DNA of 48,179 nt from the sequence record OZ503099.1; one strand, written 5' to 3'. Below the pieces are notes generated by a model. The model was not told where the DNA came from. It saw nothing but the letters and a program-made list of their open reading frames with translations, and did no database searches. This DNA is from a phage. Positions 23,379 to 32,811 of the stretch are shown here, piece by piece. Position numbers and translations under genes: made by a program. Every line of letters begins with the position of its first letter. Position 1 is the first letter of the stretch.

Positions 23379-23959
23379 AGAAGTGGAAATATCTGAAAGG
23401 TTATGAGGATGATTTTGCTGGCCATGACACGGCTTGTCTTGTAGTTAAGTCAGGAAGCACTGGTGAGATTTTCTATCTAAGCATAGATTACGCTGGTCGC
23501 ATTGAAGTGATTGAGGGTTGCGGGGATATTGTTATTGCATACCGCGAGCCAATTACCGACGAACAAGACCTCAACGAATGTACTGGCGCTCCTGAAGCAG
23601 ATGTGAAGCGAGGTGGCTTTATTCCCAACACAACATTTGTTGGTGATTTCTTGCCTGAAGGGTATCCGATTTTTGGTCATCCCAATTGCCGATGCAAGGC
23701 AGTTAAGGTTGGAGAACTTCACACGGATGGGAAATGGCATGAGGCGCAACTTGGAAACAAATACCTGCGCGAGATTAAGCCGGGTGTATTTGTTGATGTG
23801 TACGATGTGCTCATGGCGTGGAATGCCACCAATCCAGCATTGCAGCACTTAATCAAGAAGGCATTGCAGGCTGGCGAGCGCGGACACAAATCACGCGAAC
23901 AAGATTTGCAAGACATCATTGACAGCGCAATTCGCGCAAAAGAACTGGAGATTAAATAA
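23375..23959 (+). CDS. Hypothetical protein
   Basis: 194 aa from ATG 23375 (ATGA overlap); Cys/His-containing. Confidence 0.5.
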   Translation: MKKWKYLKGYEDDFAGHDTACLVVKSGSTGEIFYLSIDYAGRIEVIEGCGDIVIAYREPITDEQDLNECTGAPEADVKRGGFIPNTTFVGDFLPEGYPIFGHPNCRCKAVKVGELHTDGKWHEAQLGNKYLREIKPGVFVDVYDVLMAWNATNPALQHLIKKALQAGERGHKSREQDLQDIIDSAIRAKELEIK

Positions 23960-24270
23960 TGGCATTTTGCGATATCACAATCGCGCAACGAAACGCGAAC
24001 TTTACCAACATTGCTGACACATCCGCACAACTGGTATCACTGAACAGCGACGGCAGCGCAGTGCTAAAAATCGGCACAGAAACAGCGCAATTCATCGTGC
24101 AGAATCTGTCGCAGGCGAACGCAAAGCAGGTACTGATTAGCACGGGTAGCGTGCTGTTTCTGGCTGGCAATTACAATGCACCTAACCTTGAGTGTTCACT
24201 GGTGCGCATCGTTGAAGCTGCGGTTGAGGAATCTGTTGATGAGTCAACAACAGTTCTCCCAATCGAATGA
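23959..24270 (+). CDS. Hypothetical protein
   Basis: 103 aa; TAATG overlap with upstream gene. Confidence 0.5.
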   Translation: MAFCDITIAQRNANFTNIADTSAQLVSLNSDGSAVLKIGTETAQFIVQNLSQANAKQVLISTGSVLFLAGNYNAPNLECSLVRIVEAAVEESVDESTTVLPIE

Positions 24271-24400
24271 GCCACAAAAACCATCTGCATGGTGTGAGCA
24301 AATGGAGCGCAATGCTAAAGATGGAGATGAAGCGTATGCTTATTTTCAGTTGAAGCAGATGTGGAAGCAGAGAGAAGAGTCGGAACACACCAGTTAAACA

Positions 24401-24426
24401 CAAGCCCCATCACGGGGCTTTTTTAT
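24401..24426. terminator. Rho-independent terminator (bidirectional)
   Basis: AAGCCCC-ATCA-CGGGGCTT hairpin followed by TTTTTTATT. Confidence 0.6.
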
Positions 24427-24901
24427 TGCGCAGCGAATTATACTGCGCCTCACACGCTAATCCTGCCTCTCTTGCCCTGTCAGCGTAATCTGCCAGCTGT
24501 CTATTTCTTTCGACAGATTTGCTGAGCACGTCGGAGAGCAAAACTCCGGTTTCTGCGGCTGGGTTGCCAATGGACTCAGCGGTGGAATATCCGACGAGCT
24601 GCTTGCGGATATTTGCGAGCTGTTGCTGCAACCTGCCAGACTTAGAAGCAGCATTGACAGCATCATTGCGCGCAGCGTCAATCCTTTGCTGTGCGTCGGC
24701 CTGAATCTTTTGCAGTTCTGCATTGCGTCGTTGCTCCTCTTGTTCGTCTGCGGCCTTTTGCTCTGCGATTGCTTGAGTCTTGCCTTCTGCGTATCGCTGG
24801 TCTCCGTAGCTGATGATTTCGCTACGCGCCCACAGCACGCCAGCTGCAACAATTATAATAATTGCCAGCGGTCGCCAGTATCTACTGAGTACTGTTTCCA
24901 T
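24410..24901 (-). CDS. Rz: i-spanin (Rz-like)
   Basis: 163 aa; N-terminal transmembrane anchor then Gln/Ala/Arg-rich coiled-coil-like domain; downstream of endolysin/holin; contains embedded Rz1 frame. Confidence 0.7.
   Translation of the reverse strand: METVLSRYWRPLAIIIIVAAGVLWARSEIISYGDQRYAEGKTQAIAEQKAADEQEEQRRNAELQKIQADAQQRIDAARNDAVNAASKSGRLQQQLANIRKQLVGYSTAESIGNPAAETGVLLSDVLSKSVERNRQLADYADRAREAGLACEAQYNSLRNKKAP
24457..24666 (-). CDS. Rz1: o-spanin (Rz1-like lipoprotein) embedded in Rz in another frame
   Basis: MMLSMLLLSLAGCSNS: signal peptide plus lipobox LAGC, Pro/Ser-rich mature part; entirely inside the Rz gene. Confidence 0.6.
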   Translation of the reverse strand: MMLSMLLLSLAGCSNSSQISASSSSDIPPLSPLATQPQKPEFCSPTCSANLSKEIDSWQITLTGQERQD

Positions 24902-25023
24902 TTCCCGAAACTCCAGCCAGCCATAAGTGAGGATGGGCTATGCAGTTGGTTATAAAGTGCAATCCCTTGGTGGTCTGGTATGCAAAGTAAAATCCACTCC
25001 GCATCTTCATTAGTTTATGTATT

Positions 25024-25263
25024 TCACGCATTCTTGCTTTCATCTTTTAACCTCTTATTCGCCTTATTCATCGCATGCATCTTGCCGAGTATGGAGAGCA
25101 GTAGAATGGAATAGCTGATAGCCTTTACCGCGATTGGCGGCAGCGCTGCTTTCAGGTCATCAGGCATCATTACCCACACATGCATCATTGCATCAGGCCA
25201 CAGCTGCAATAGCGAGCAGAATGAAATCCACGCACCAAGCAGCCAGTTGCTTAGCTTTTTCAT
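25024..25263 (-). CDS. Holin-like small membrane protein
   Basis: 79 aa with two hydrophobic segments and charged C-terminus; ATGA overlap with endolysin stop. Confidence 0.5.
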   Translation of the reverse strand: MKKLSNWLLGAWISFCSLLQLWPDAMMHVWVMMPDDLKAALPPIAVKAISYSILLLSILGKMHAMNKANKRLKDESKNA

Positions 25264-25724
25264 GCCACGGCCCCGCCAGCATCCTTGTACACCTGAATCA
25301 GCTTATCCAGTTTCTGCTCATGCTGACCATAGCCAGCGCCCGGCAATGAAGCCCAGCGGGAGCGGCATTTATGGATAGCATCAGCAATGCGACCAGCTTC
25401 AATGTCGGCAGTGGCTTTGCATTCGCGGATTAACTTCATTGCAATAGCGTCCTGTGATGCTGGGGAGAAGTCCGGCAGGCACAGCTGCTTTTTGTACGCG
25501 TCATAAAATTTAGCCAGCACCTGATAGCGCCCGGCGGCGGTGGACTTGATGCCCAGCTTAGGCAGGCTAATCAGCTTGCGTGGGTGGTCGGAGTAATCAG
25601 TAAACAGTGAGCCGCCAACAATCACATCATAGCCATGATTATTGGTTTTCTGTCGTCCGTTATCCGTACCCTCGCTGTACGCCAGCATATCCAGAAACGC
25701 CTTCATGTTTTTGCTAATAGCCAT
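25260..25724 (-). CDS. R: Endolysin, lambda R-like lytic transglycosylase
   Basis: FLDMLAYSEGTDNGRQKTNNHGYDVIVGG...WASLPGAGYGQHEQK closely matches lambda R as I recall it; start at internal ATG 25724. Confidence 0.85.
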   Translation of the reverse strand: MAISKNMKAFLDMLAYSEGTDNGRQKTNNHGYDVIVGGSLFTDYSDHPRKLISLPKLGIKSTAAGRYQVLAKFYDAYKKQLCLPDFSPASQDAIAMKLIRECKATADIEAGRIADAIHKCRSRWASLPGAGYGQHEQKLDKLIQVYKDAGGAVA

Positions 25725-25992
25725 ACCAGTAAACCTCTTTTTCAGCCTTGCGTTTTGCTTTGTCGCCAGTCTTCTCGCCCCACACGATGAAATGAGCAAC
25801 AGCACATGAGAAGCAGCGAAGGTTGTGTTTCTTCAGAAGCGTTGATTTGCGGAAAGTGTCAATACCAATGTCGGTGGCGAGGCTTGTCAGTGCATCAAAC
25901 TGATTCTGCGTTGTCTCGGTGGTGATGTAAGGCGATATATCCACGGCATCGGTGATTCCAAGCGTTTCCATGCCGCGTTGCGATAGTTTCAT
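25714..25992 (-). CDS. Small ORF resembling the C-terminal lobe of a GH24 (P22/T4-type) lysozyme; possible gene remnant
   Basis: TQNQFDALTSLATDIGIDTFRKSTLLKKHNL parallels NQNQYDALCSLIFNIGKSAFAGSTVLRQLNL of P22-type lysozymes (from memory); N-terminal catalytic region absent; strong RBS AGGAGG. Confidence 0.4.
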   Translation of the reverse strand: MKLSQRGMETLGITDAVDISPYITTETTQNQFDALTSLATDIGIDTFRKSTLLKKHNLRCFSCAVAHFIVWGEKTGDKAKRKAEKEVYWYGY

Positions 25993-26036
25993 CCTGCCTC
26001 CTGTTTAAATAATGATTAATTCTATCACAACAGGTA

Positions 26037-26076
26037 TTGATGTAGATTGAGAGGTGGTGCATACTATCTACATCAA
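26037..26076 (+). promoter_or_regulatory. Promoter of island D with palindromic operator-like site
   Basis: TTGATG (26037-26042), 17 bp, CATACT (26060-26065); inverted repeat TTGATGTAGAT (26037-26047) / ATCTACATCAA (26066-26076). Confidence 0.45.
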
Positions 26077-26097
26077 ATGATGAGTGAGGGAGAAATC

Positions 26098-26241
26098 ATG
26101 GTAATAGTCAAATTCAAAGAAACAGGATGCCGCAGAATGTTCAACCTTGAGCAAATCAAAATACGTCCATGCGGCAAGGTGGTTGCGCCATTTAGTCTGG
26201 TGCAGATGCGTGAATGCGAAATTGTTGAATATATTAAGTGA
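26098..26241 (+). CDS. Hypothetical small protein
   Basis: 47 aa from ATG 26098; four Cys. Confidence 0.4.
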   Translation: MVIVKFKETGCRRMFNLEQIKIRPCGKVVAPFSLVQMRECEIVEYIK

Positions 26242-26249
26242 GGCAGGCT

Positions 26250-26513
26250 ATGACGCAGCGCCAGGTGTACCAGTTATTTAGTGAGTGGTTTGATTATGTT
26301 GGTTTTGTCGGCATGACGGATAGAGAAAAGGACTTGATTTGGCTTGGGTTTTCTGTTGGTTATTGTCACGAAAATAGTAAATCAATGCTATCAGCGCTCC
26401 AGCAACTCTTGGAAATCTACGACGACCACTCCGGCAAGGTCTGGACAACATCAAGCAAGCGTCGCGCTCTTGATAATGCGCGTGCGGCGGTTAATAAAGC
26501 ATTGGGAGAATAA
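26250..26513 (+). CDS. Hypothetical protein
   Basis: 87 aa from ATG 26250. Confidence 0.45.
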   Translation: MTQRQVYQLFSEWFDYVGFVGMTDREKDLIWLGFSVGYCHENSKSMLSALQQLLEIYDDHSGKVWTTSSKRRALDNARAAVNKALGE

Positions 26514-26515
26514 TT

Positions 26516-26740
26516 ATGTGGCTTGTATTTAATATTGGATGCATAGAATGCGGTGTCTCATCAAATGTTGTTGCTGTTTATCCGCACAAACATGAAGCCG
26601 ATGCTGTCGCAGCAAAACTAAATGAAAAATTCTCATGGCGAGACGGCGGTCAAAACTCGTATGAGGTATTTAAGCTTGGTGAACTGTACGAGGTTGAAGG
26701 TGAATATAAAGAAATACTTTCTGATGGAGAAACAAAATGA
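26516..26740 (+). CDS. Hypothetical protein
   Basis: 74-aa ORF. Confidence 0.45.
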   Translation: MWLVFNIGCIECGVSSNVVAVYPHKHEADAVAAKLNEKFSWRDGGQNSYEVFKLGELYEVEGEYKEILSDGETK

Positions 26741-26952
26741 GCAACAAGAAGGTAATTGTTGGTGGCATTTACAAGAGTAATTACTCTTGGGGCGATGCAG
26801 GTGTGGCTAGTTTCATGGTAACTGCGGTTGGGTTGGAACACATACTTATCGCTGACTACCCATTGATAAAACTCAATGAATCCTGTTTAGAATATTGTGT
26901 TGGTAGAAAGGAATTCGAATCAAAATTTGAGTTTGTGGAGGAAACAAAATGA
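26737..26952 (+). CDS. Hypothetical protein
   Basis: 71-aa ORF; ATGA overlap. Confidence 0.45.
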   Translation: MSNKKVIVGGIYKSNYSWGDAGVASFMVTAVGLEHILIADYPLIKLNESCLEYCVGRKEFESKFEFVEETK

Positions 26953-27599
26953 AACTTATCGACCTGTTAGTTCAAGAATTGCCTAAGCGTGGTGGGTGGC
27001 CTCACAATGCGCTGTCAATTACCCAAGATGATGACGGTTCTCTGTGCGTATGGGACACAAATGACCCAAACTATGATGGATTGTCATGGAGACATCACAC
27101 AGGGAATAGCCTTGTATATTACTGGCGTGGAATTGATGCCGTACCTTTATCTTGCGACCACAGGGAGTCGATAGTGACCTATTGGCAATACAAATCAGCG
27201 ATCGCAGCATCGCAAAAGCCAGCATGGAACGGAGATGGCTTACCGCCAGTTGGTGAAAAAGTAGAATTTTTCATCAATCCAAAGTTTGGATACCGCAATG
27301 ACTGGATTCCTGCTGCTGGAACTGAAATGGAAGTAGTTGCACACAAGAAAACCACGGACGGAAACGATGTGGCTGTTTGCTACTGGGATGAGGGTGGCGC
27401 CGGTCGGTCATGCTGCTTCGTGCCTGAAAGCCTAAAGCCATTACGCACAGAAGCAGAAAAGAAGCATGAGGCTGTACTTGAGTCTATCTGCGCGGTGTTA
27501 GAAATGGTAGCTCAAGATTACAAGCGCGAGGACGAGGCCAAGCTAATTTATGAAGCTATCGCGGCAGGCAAGATTCCAGGTGTTAAACTGGATGATTAA
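26949..27599 (+). CDS. Hypothetical protein (216 aa, Trp-rich)
   Basis: Largest ORF of island D; no recognisable motif. Confidence 0.5.
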   Translation: MKLIDLLVQELPKRGGWPHNALSITQDDDGSLCVWDTNDPNYDGLSWRHHTGNSLVYYWRGIDAVPLSCDHRESIVTYWQYKSAIAASQKPAWNGDGLPPVGEKVEFFINPKFGYRNDWIPAAGTEMEVVAHKKTTDGNDVAVCYWDEGGAGRSCCFVPESLKPLRTEAEKKHEAVLESICAVLEMVAQDYKREDEAKLIYEAIAAGKIPGVKLDD

Positions 27600-27675
27600 A
27601 ACAATATTCAGCGTCGTAGAGATATTGTGCTATGCGATAATAATATTTGTTCTGTGCATGCTGATAAGATAAATC

Positions 27676-27700
27676 AAAGCCCTCACTTAGAGGGCTTTTT
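27676..27700. terminator. Rho-independent terminator
   Basis: AAAGCCCTC-ACTTA-GAGGGCTTT hairpin followed by TT. Confidence 0.6.
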
Positions 27701-28672
27701 GCTTGCTGACTGCCACGCTTCACGCTGCTTATCAAGCCTTTCCTGCGACGACTCAAGAATAACTGGCTTGCCATCCATTAACAGCGATGGGATTTGGCTG
27801 CAGTGGCAATTATATCTATTGCCATTCTCACTATAAAACGTGTCAATCTCTTCTGGCGTGTAAAAGCGCCCGTGTCTCGCTGCGTGAGTCTGGCGGGTCG
27901 TGCGCATCAATGCCGACTGCCACAGCATCACCGTCTCAATGCCTAACTCTTCGCGCGCCTCAATGACCTCTCTCCTGTTAGCCTGCCTGAGTGTTCCTGT
28001 GATTTCTGTTTGCGCCAACTGTTTCGCATAGCTGTGAGATACATCAACACGTTTAACAATATCATCCTCAACATCGCGAGGATTAGCTCCACGAGCAATG
28101 CCTTCCATAATGACAGATGCCAGTTGCTGACGGGAGTAATCGCTCAATCCGCGCCAGTCGGAATAACCTTGTGTGTACGCCAGCTGGAGCCGATTCAGGT
28201 AAGGCTCACTGTAGAGTATCGCGGCAATCGGCCTTTGCTCAGCATAAACAGGAGACAGGCTTGACAGTTCCGAGTTGGCTTTCTGTGTGCCAGCCTGATA
28301 CACATCACCAATGAATACGTTAGCCCACATTCTGCCGTGACCGAAATCATCACCCTCAAGCAAAATCTCGTCAACCAGCTCCTGTAATTCATCCATGAAA
28401 GTGGCGGCCCGCGCGCTGCTGAAATCATAGAAATACAAGCCGCTTGATTCTGCATTGGTCTGACTACTTGGAATGGTGCGAAACAACTCAAGGGCACGAA
28501 TCCTGAGTTGCTTGTATTTGCGCGTTATCACCTTATCCATCTTCGACAGGCGAGTTGCAGCGCCTAACGGGTCCGTCAGACTCTGCGATATGCGCGGCTG
28601 TGGCAGTCTTGCGTTAAACCGGAGTATCTTCATTTTCGTCTTCCGGTGGTGTGTCTTCGCGGTAGCTTTCAT
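27683..28672 (-). CDS. Head morphogenesis protein (Mu F-like minor head protein)
   Basis: Position directly downstream of portal; C-terminal region has the character of Mu-F/SPP1 gp7-type proteins; start uncertain. Confidence 0.5.
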   Translation of the reverse strand: MKATAKTHHRKTKMKILRFNARLPQPRISQSLTDPLGAATRLSKMDKVITRKYKQLRIRALELFRTIPSSQTNAESSGLYFYDFSSARAATFMDELQELVDEILLEGDDFGHGRMWANVFIGDVYQAGTQKANSELSSLSPVYAEQRPIAAILYSEPYLNRLQLAYTQGYSDWRGLSDYSRQQLASVIMEGIARGANPRDVEDDIVKRVDVSHSYAKQLAQTEITGTLRQANRREVIEAREELGIETVMLWQSALMRTTRQTHAARHGRFYTPEEIDTFYSENGNRYNCHCSQIPSLLMDGKPVILESSQERLDKQREAWQSASKKPSK

Positions 28673-30026
28673 CAAGCTCAATCGGCTCCATGCCAACCAT
28701 GCCGCGAGCCTCATCAACACTCAGCAATGCAGATTGACCAGCATCAAAGAACGACTTGTTCGCAGTTGCGAGCTTAGACAGCAATTCAGCTTTATCCAGC
28801 TCAGAAGGGGCAAGCAGGTCATCCCACTTAACCTTGTAGCCATTTGCCGGGGCTTTATCGACAATGCCGAACTGAATCATGCGCTCAACGAACATTGAGA
28901 TAACATAATCAACCCATGTTTCGCGGCGCTGTTTGGCGGTCATCGCCTCCTGCATCTTGTCTTCGTCGCTCGCAAGACGTCCGGTCTGCTGCCCAAAAAT
29001 GACGGTGAACGGAAGTGCCATTGATGCGGCGAACTGGTTGGCAGCCACTTCCCATGTGGGTTTCGGGTCGGCCGGTGTCACAGCGAGAACTTTTGCATCC
29101 GCGCCCATTGTGAACATAGCGGCGTCAATCCCGGAGTTCAGCGCCTCAATGTTCTCATTCATGATGTCGGTTAGCTCTTCAATATCGACACCCATTGATT
29201 GCGCAAGGCTTGCTGGTGTTACGTTATCCTTCGTGTAGTTAACAGCCAGTTGGCGGCTTGCATTTTTCAGGAACCCTTCAGCTGAGCTACCGGAAACCTT
29301 AGCCATGTCGATAAGGCTATTGTAACCAGCACGCAGCATTGGGATTCCACTGAACATGCTGCCATCGAAGCTACCCTCAGCCAGAATGATGATGCGGTCT
29401 GGATGAATCTGTACGGAACGCTCAGGTTTGCCGTCGCTATCGAAATCTTCCACGGCGCTTTCCTGATATTCGTACATCTCAGGCATTCCGTAGTCTTCGC
29501 TGGTTTCGTCATTATTCCATGCGCTGACGCGGAGCTGCTCCTCCCATACAGGAATAAAGCGAACGATGGATTTATCTTTAATGCGGCGGGTCTTTGTGAT
29601 GTCTACTGGCTCACTCCACTGCTTGCCGTCACGGATTTGCAGGATAATAGCAGAGTAGCGGTTGATGGCGTTGCGTTTGTCGGCCTCCTTGATGAATGGG
29701 TAAGCACGCTTCATCATGTCGTTGATGGACAGTTCCCACGACGTTGAGTTCTTGTCGTCCTCGCCATCTTCGACCACTTCTGGGTATTTCTGCCAACATT
29801 TATTAATAATGCGGTTGATACCAGCGGCGGCGGCTGGATGTCGTTCGTAGGCATAGCGGAACATCTCAGCGGTAATTTCCTGTGGGTAGCCCAGCTCCTT
29901 CCACATGAACTCACGTTTCTGGTCCAGATTCTTCCCGCCAGCACAAAGCCGCTGCTGCTGGAGCGCCCGGTTATTATTCGCCACGCGGTCGCGTATATAG
30001 GCGTTTAATGCATCAATTTTTGACAT
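28614..30026 (-). CDS. Portal protein
   Basis: 470 aa between large terminase region and head morphogenesis gene; acidic C-terminus. Confidence 0.6.
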   Translation of the reverse strand: MSKIDALNAYIRDRVANNNRALQQQRLCAGGKNLDQKREFMWKELGYPQEITAEMFRYAYERHPAAAAGINRIINKCWQKYPEVVEDGEDDKNSTSWELSINDMMKRAYPFIKEADKRNAINRYSAIILQIRDGKQWSEPVDITKTRRIKDKSIVRFIPVWEEQLRVSAWNNDETSEDYGMPEMYEYQESAVEDFDSDGKPERSVQIHPDRIIILAEGSFDGSMFSGIPMLRAGYNSLIDMAKVSGSSAEGFLKNASRQLAVNYTKDNVTPASLAQSMGVDIEELTDIMNENIEALNSGIDAAMFTMGADAKVLAVTPADPKPTWEVAANQFAASMALPFTVIFGQQTGRLASDEDKMQEAMTAKQRRETWVDYVISMFVERMIQFGIVDKAPANGYKVKWDDLLAPSELDKAELLSKLATANKSFFDAGQSALLSVDEARGMVGMEPIELDESYREDTPPEDENEDTPV

Positions 30027-30099
30027 ATGTCACCAATAAAAAATCCCATCACGTTGGATGGGATTATAACACGAGCTTGCAGTGGCTATGGTTGATGGC

Positions 30100-30333
30100 T
30101 TATTCTCTCCGTGATGGCATTGCAATCATCGGTTGCGTTTGTCTTTGCATGATAGATAATAGCTCGCCCTTGTAATGTTCTGTAATTTCATTTTGCCCTT
30201 TCATGTAAATCAAGATGGCCTCCTGTTCGGTGACAATTCCTTGCTTAAACAAGGTTATTACTTTCCTTGCCATAGTATCGCAAAGAGACAATTCTTCAAG
30301 GTATTGAATCGGCGTTTCGCAGTTATCCATCAC
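30100..30333 (-). CDS. Hypothetical protein
   Basis: 77-aa ORF. Confidence 0.4.
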   Translation of the reverse strand: MMDNCETPIQYLEELSLCDTMARKVITLFKQGIVTEQEAILIYMKGQNEITEHYKGELLSIMQRQTQPMIAMPSRRE

Positions 30334-30515
30334 TCCACCTTTTCCAGTTTATCAATAACAATATCGAACCCTTGGGATTGGAATATGGCGGCATTCTCGT
30401 TCGCCATAAATACTTCGAAAGCATGAACTGCGTTTGACGCAGCTATCACCATAGACATTTTTGCGGCAACTTCACCACCACCAAGCACTTCAGCATGAAT
30501 AAAATAAACGCTCAT
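30330..30515 (-). CDS. Hypothetical protein
   Basis: ORF with ATG at 30515. Confidence 0.4.
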   Translation of the reverse strand: MSVYFIHAEVLGGGEVAAKMSMVIAASNAVHAFEVFMANENAAIFQSQGFDIVIDKLEKVE

Positions 30516-30694
30516 CACTCAATCTCCTCACCATTAACCCAGCGGTGCAGGACTTCGATTAGTTGCTCGGCTTGGTGTTTGTCAATAATAATAGTGTCGT
30601 GGCCCTGAGTAATCATTGGGTCAGAATTGAAATCAACCGCTATTGTGCACATTGTCGTTTTGGTTTCGTCTTCAATAACAATCATCACATCACC

Positions 30695-31102
30695 TCAACA
30701 AAGTTCACCATCAGTTATCATCAACAACCTCTGCCATTTATTCACAGGTTTACATAACTCAGCTTTCAGCCTGCTCAGTGAACCTGTAATATCAGGCCAT
30801 TCAGTAAACGGAACGAATCGCACAAAGCGATAATCAGCACCAGACCAGTGCCAGCCAAGTGTGTAATCAACATAAGAGCCGTCCGCCTGCATGTTGATGT
30901 AATGTGCTGTTCCGCTATCATCATTAATCATAACCACCTCAACCACTGCGCACGAACTACCATCACGAGCACGGTTTACTGCATTCAGATGGCAAGCATG
31001 ATTGTACAGGCCAGCGCCATCAATGAATGAAATATCAATCTTTTTGGTGTACCTCTTATCCGCAGCATCGCGGATTATTTTCTTTAGTTTATTATTAAAC
31101 AC
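30695..31102 (-). CDS. Hypothetical protein
   Basis: 135-aa ORF downstream of terminase. Confidence 0.45.
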   Translation of the reverse strand: MFNNKLKKIIRDAADKRYTKKIDISFIDGAGLYNHACHLNAVNRARDGSSCAVVEVVMINDDSGTAHYINMQADGSYVDYTLGWHWSGADYRFVRFVPFTEWPDITGSLSRLKAELCKPVNKWQRLLMITDGELC

Positions 31103-31103
31103 A

Positions 31104-31370
31104 TCACCCTCTCAAAAAATCATTCTTGCAGCAGATACCCTTATATCCGCGCTTCTCCTGCAGGTTAACGAAAACATCATCCAGAACGCGTAGCAGGAAG
31201 TCTTCGTCGATATCATACCGACGACAAATCACCTCGTCAGGCACGCCAGCTCGCGCCAGTGAATAAACCTGCTCTTTTTCCTCCTGTGTGAACCCTGCAT
31301 AGCTGCGCATAGTGATATCTCCGATAAGCCTGATGTAGATTATACTATTCGCTCGGTGTAGATTGGTCAA
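31104..31370 (-). CDS. Hypothetical protein with helix-turn-helix-like segment
   Basis: 88-aa ORF. Confidence 0.4.
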   Translation of the reverse strand: MTNLHRANSIIYIRLIGDITMRSYAGFTQEEKEQVYSLARAGVPDEVICRRYDIDEDFLLRVLDDVFVNLQEKRGYKGICCKNDFLRG

Positions 31371-31386
31371 GTGTGGTGATGAAGAT

Positions 31387-32811
31387 TTATCGCCTGCGAC
31401 GGATTAGCATTCCACTGCCACGCTGAACGATGTGGTCATTGAGTGCATAACGAACCGCGTCCCAGTAGTGGTTATATGCATCAACAATATCAGTCAGCAC
31501 ATTCCCTGTCAGCTTATCAACTTTGTAGCTGTACATTGCCGCCTCATTCTGCATCTCCTTGCATCGTTCGTGAATGACAATGCTGTCGCAGCCGCGTAAC
31601 CATGTCACGCCATCCTCGACACTGCCGGGCCATTTTGTGCATGGATGAATGTCAAAGCCAGAGCGCTTGATGTGGCTGATAGTTTCTGGTCGCGCGCAGT
31701 CGGCATACCATCGTGCGCGCTTAGCCATCGGGAATGATTGCTCCATCGCAGCTGGCGTGTCGGTAATCTCAAGCCCCACCTTTCCGTACTCGCGATTAAT
31801 ATAAATATTGCGTCGCCCGCCGGGTAACTCTTCGATGTAAACCTCAACCATTGCGGTTGGATCGGTGGAAAACCCAAAGTCCATCCCGAAGTATGGTCCA
31901 TGCCATTCAGGCTTGACCTCGAAGTTATCAATGAGCCATTTTCCGCCAAATACCTGTTCGTCGCTACGCTTGTTGAATTTTCCTTCATACACCCAAAGGT
32001 AGCGATCATAATCCACTGCCTTCATCTGGTTCATGTGCTGTTTAAGTTCTTCCGTGAACCACGGGTTGTGAACGTAGTTAACATTAACAACAACGATGTC
32101 ATCATCCTGATATATGCCATCTACCATCTTGTCGATGTAAGGCTCAACAAAGTTAGTCCATGTCGGGTCCGTCTCTTTGTTCGGGTTAAAAACAATAATA
32201 ATTTCAGAACCAGCGGCGCGCACCGTTGGAATTAACGTATCCCATGACACCTGACTGATGTTTTCGGATTCTTCACAGAACACGTCTGTAAGGCCAGCCA
32301 TGCCTTTGATTGCGGTTATGTTTCGCCAAAGGCCACGAAAAACAAACTTTGATCTCGTTGTGTGGTGTGTTATCTCGCCATCCACGCAACGATATTCCTG
32401 AGTGTGCCCCTTCCTGTTTATCTCATCAACCAGTTCGGCATAGCTTGATTCTTTGATTGAGTTCTGTATCTCACGGAAGCATCCGACGCGGCTGTTGCGG
32501 AATCTTGCCTTTTCTATAAGGTAAGAAACAACGTTAGCCGTCTTTCCGCTGCCCCTACCCCCATAGAACACCTTGAAACGGCGAGGATAAAGCAGCAGCT
32601 CCATTCGCTCAGGTATTAATATTGTTGGCTTCTCGTCTGTTTCTGACACGCCAGTGGCTGTCATTTTAAGGCACTTAACCACATTCGGTGTACCGTCAGG
32701 CAATAGCTTATCGACAATACCGAAAACAGAAGACTCTGGTTTTGCAGTTGAATTGCCTACTGCTTGCTCAAGTTTTTCTATCGCAACGCTTGAGAGTCTT
32801 TTACGCGCCAT
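31387..32811 (-). CDS. Terminase large subunit
   Basis: Walker A YGGRGSGKT near the N-terminus, conserved acidic nuclease-type residues in the C-terminal half, 474 aa. Confidence 0.8.
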   Translation of the reverse strand: MARKRLSSVAIEKLEQAVGNSTAKPESSVFGIVDKLLPDGTPNVVKCLKMTATGVSETDEKPTILIPERMELLLYPRRFKVFYGGRGSGKTANVVSYLIEKARFRNSRVGCFREIQNSIKESSYAELVDEINRKGHTQEYRCVDGEITHHTTRSKFVFRGLWRNITAIKGMAGLTDVFCEESENISQVSWDTLIPTVRAAGSEIIIVFNPNKETDPTWTNFVEPYIDKMVDGIYQDDDIVVVNVNYVHNPWFTEELKQHMNQMKAVDYDRYLWVYEGKFNKRSDEQVFGGKWLIDNFEVKPEWHGPYFGMDFGFSTDPTAMVEVYIEELPGGRRNIYINREYGKVGLEITDTPAAMEQSFPMAKRARWYADCARPETISHIKRSGFDIHPCTKWPGSVEDGVTWLRGCDSIVIHERCKEMQNEAAMYSYKVDKLTGNVLTDIVDAYNHYWDAVRYALNDHIVQRGSGMLIRRRR

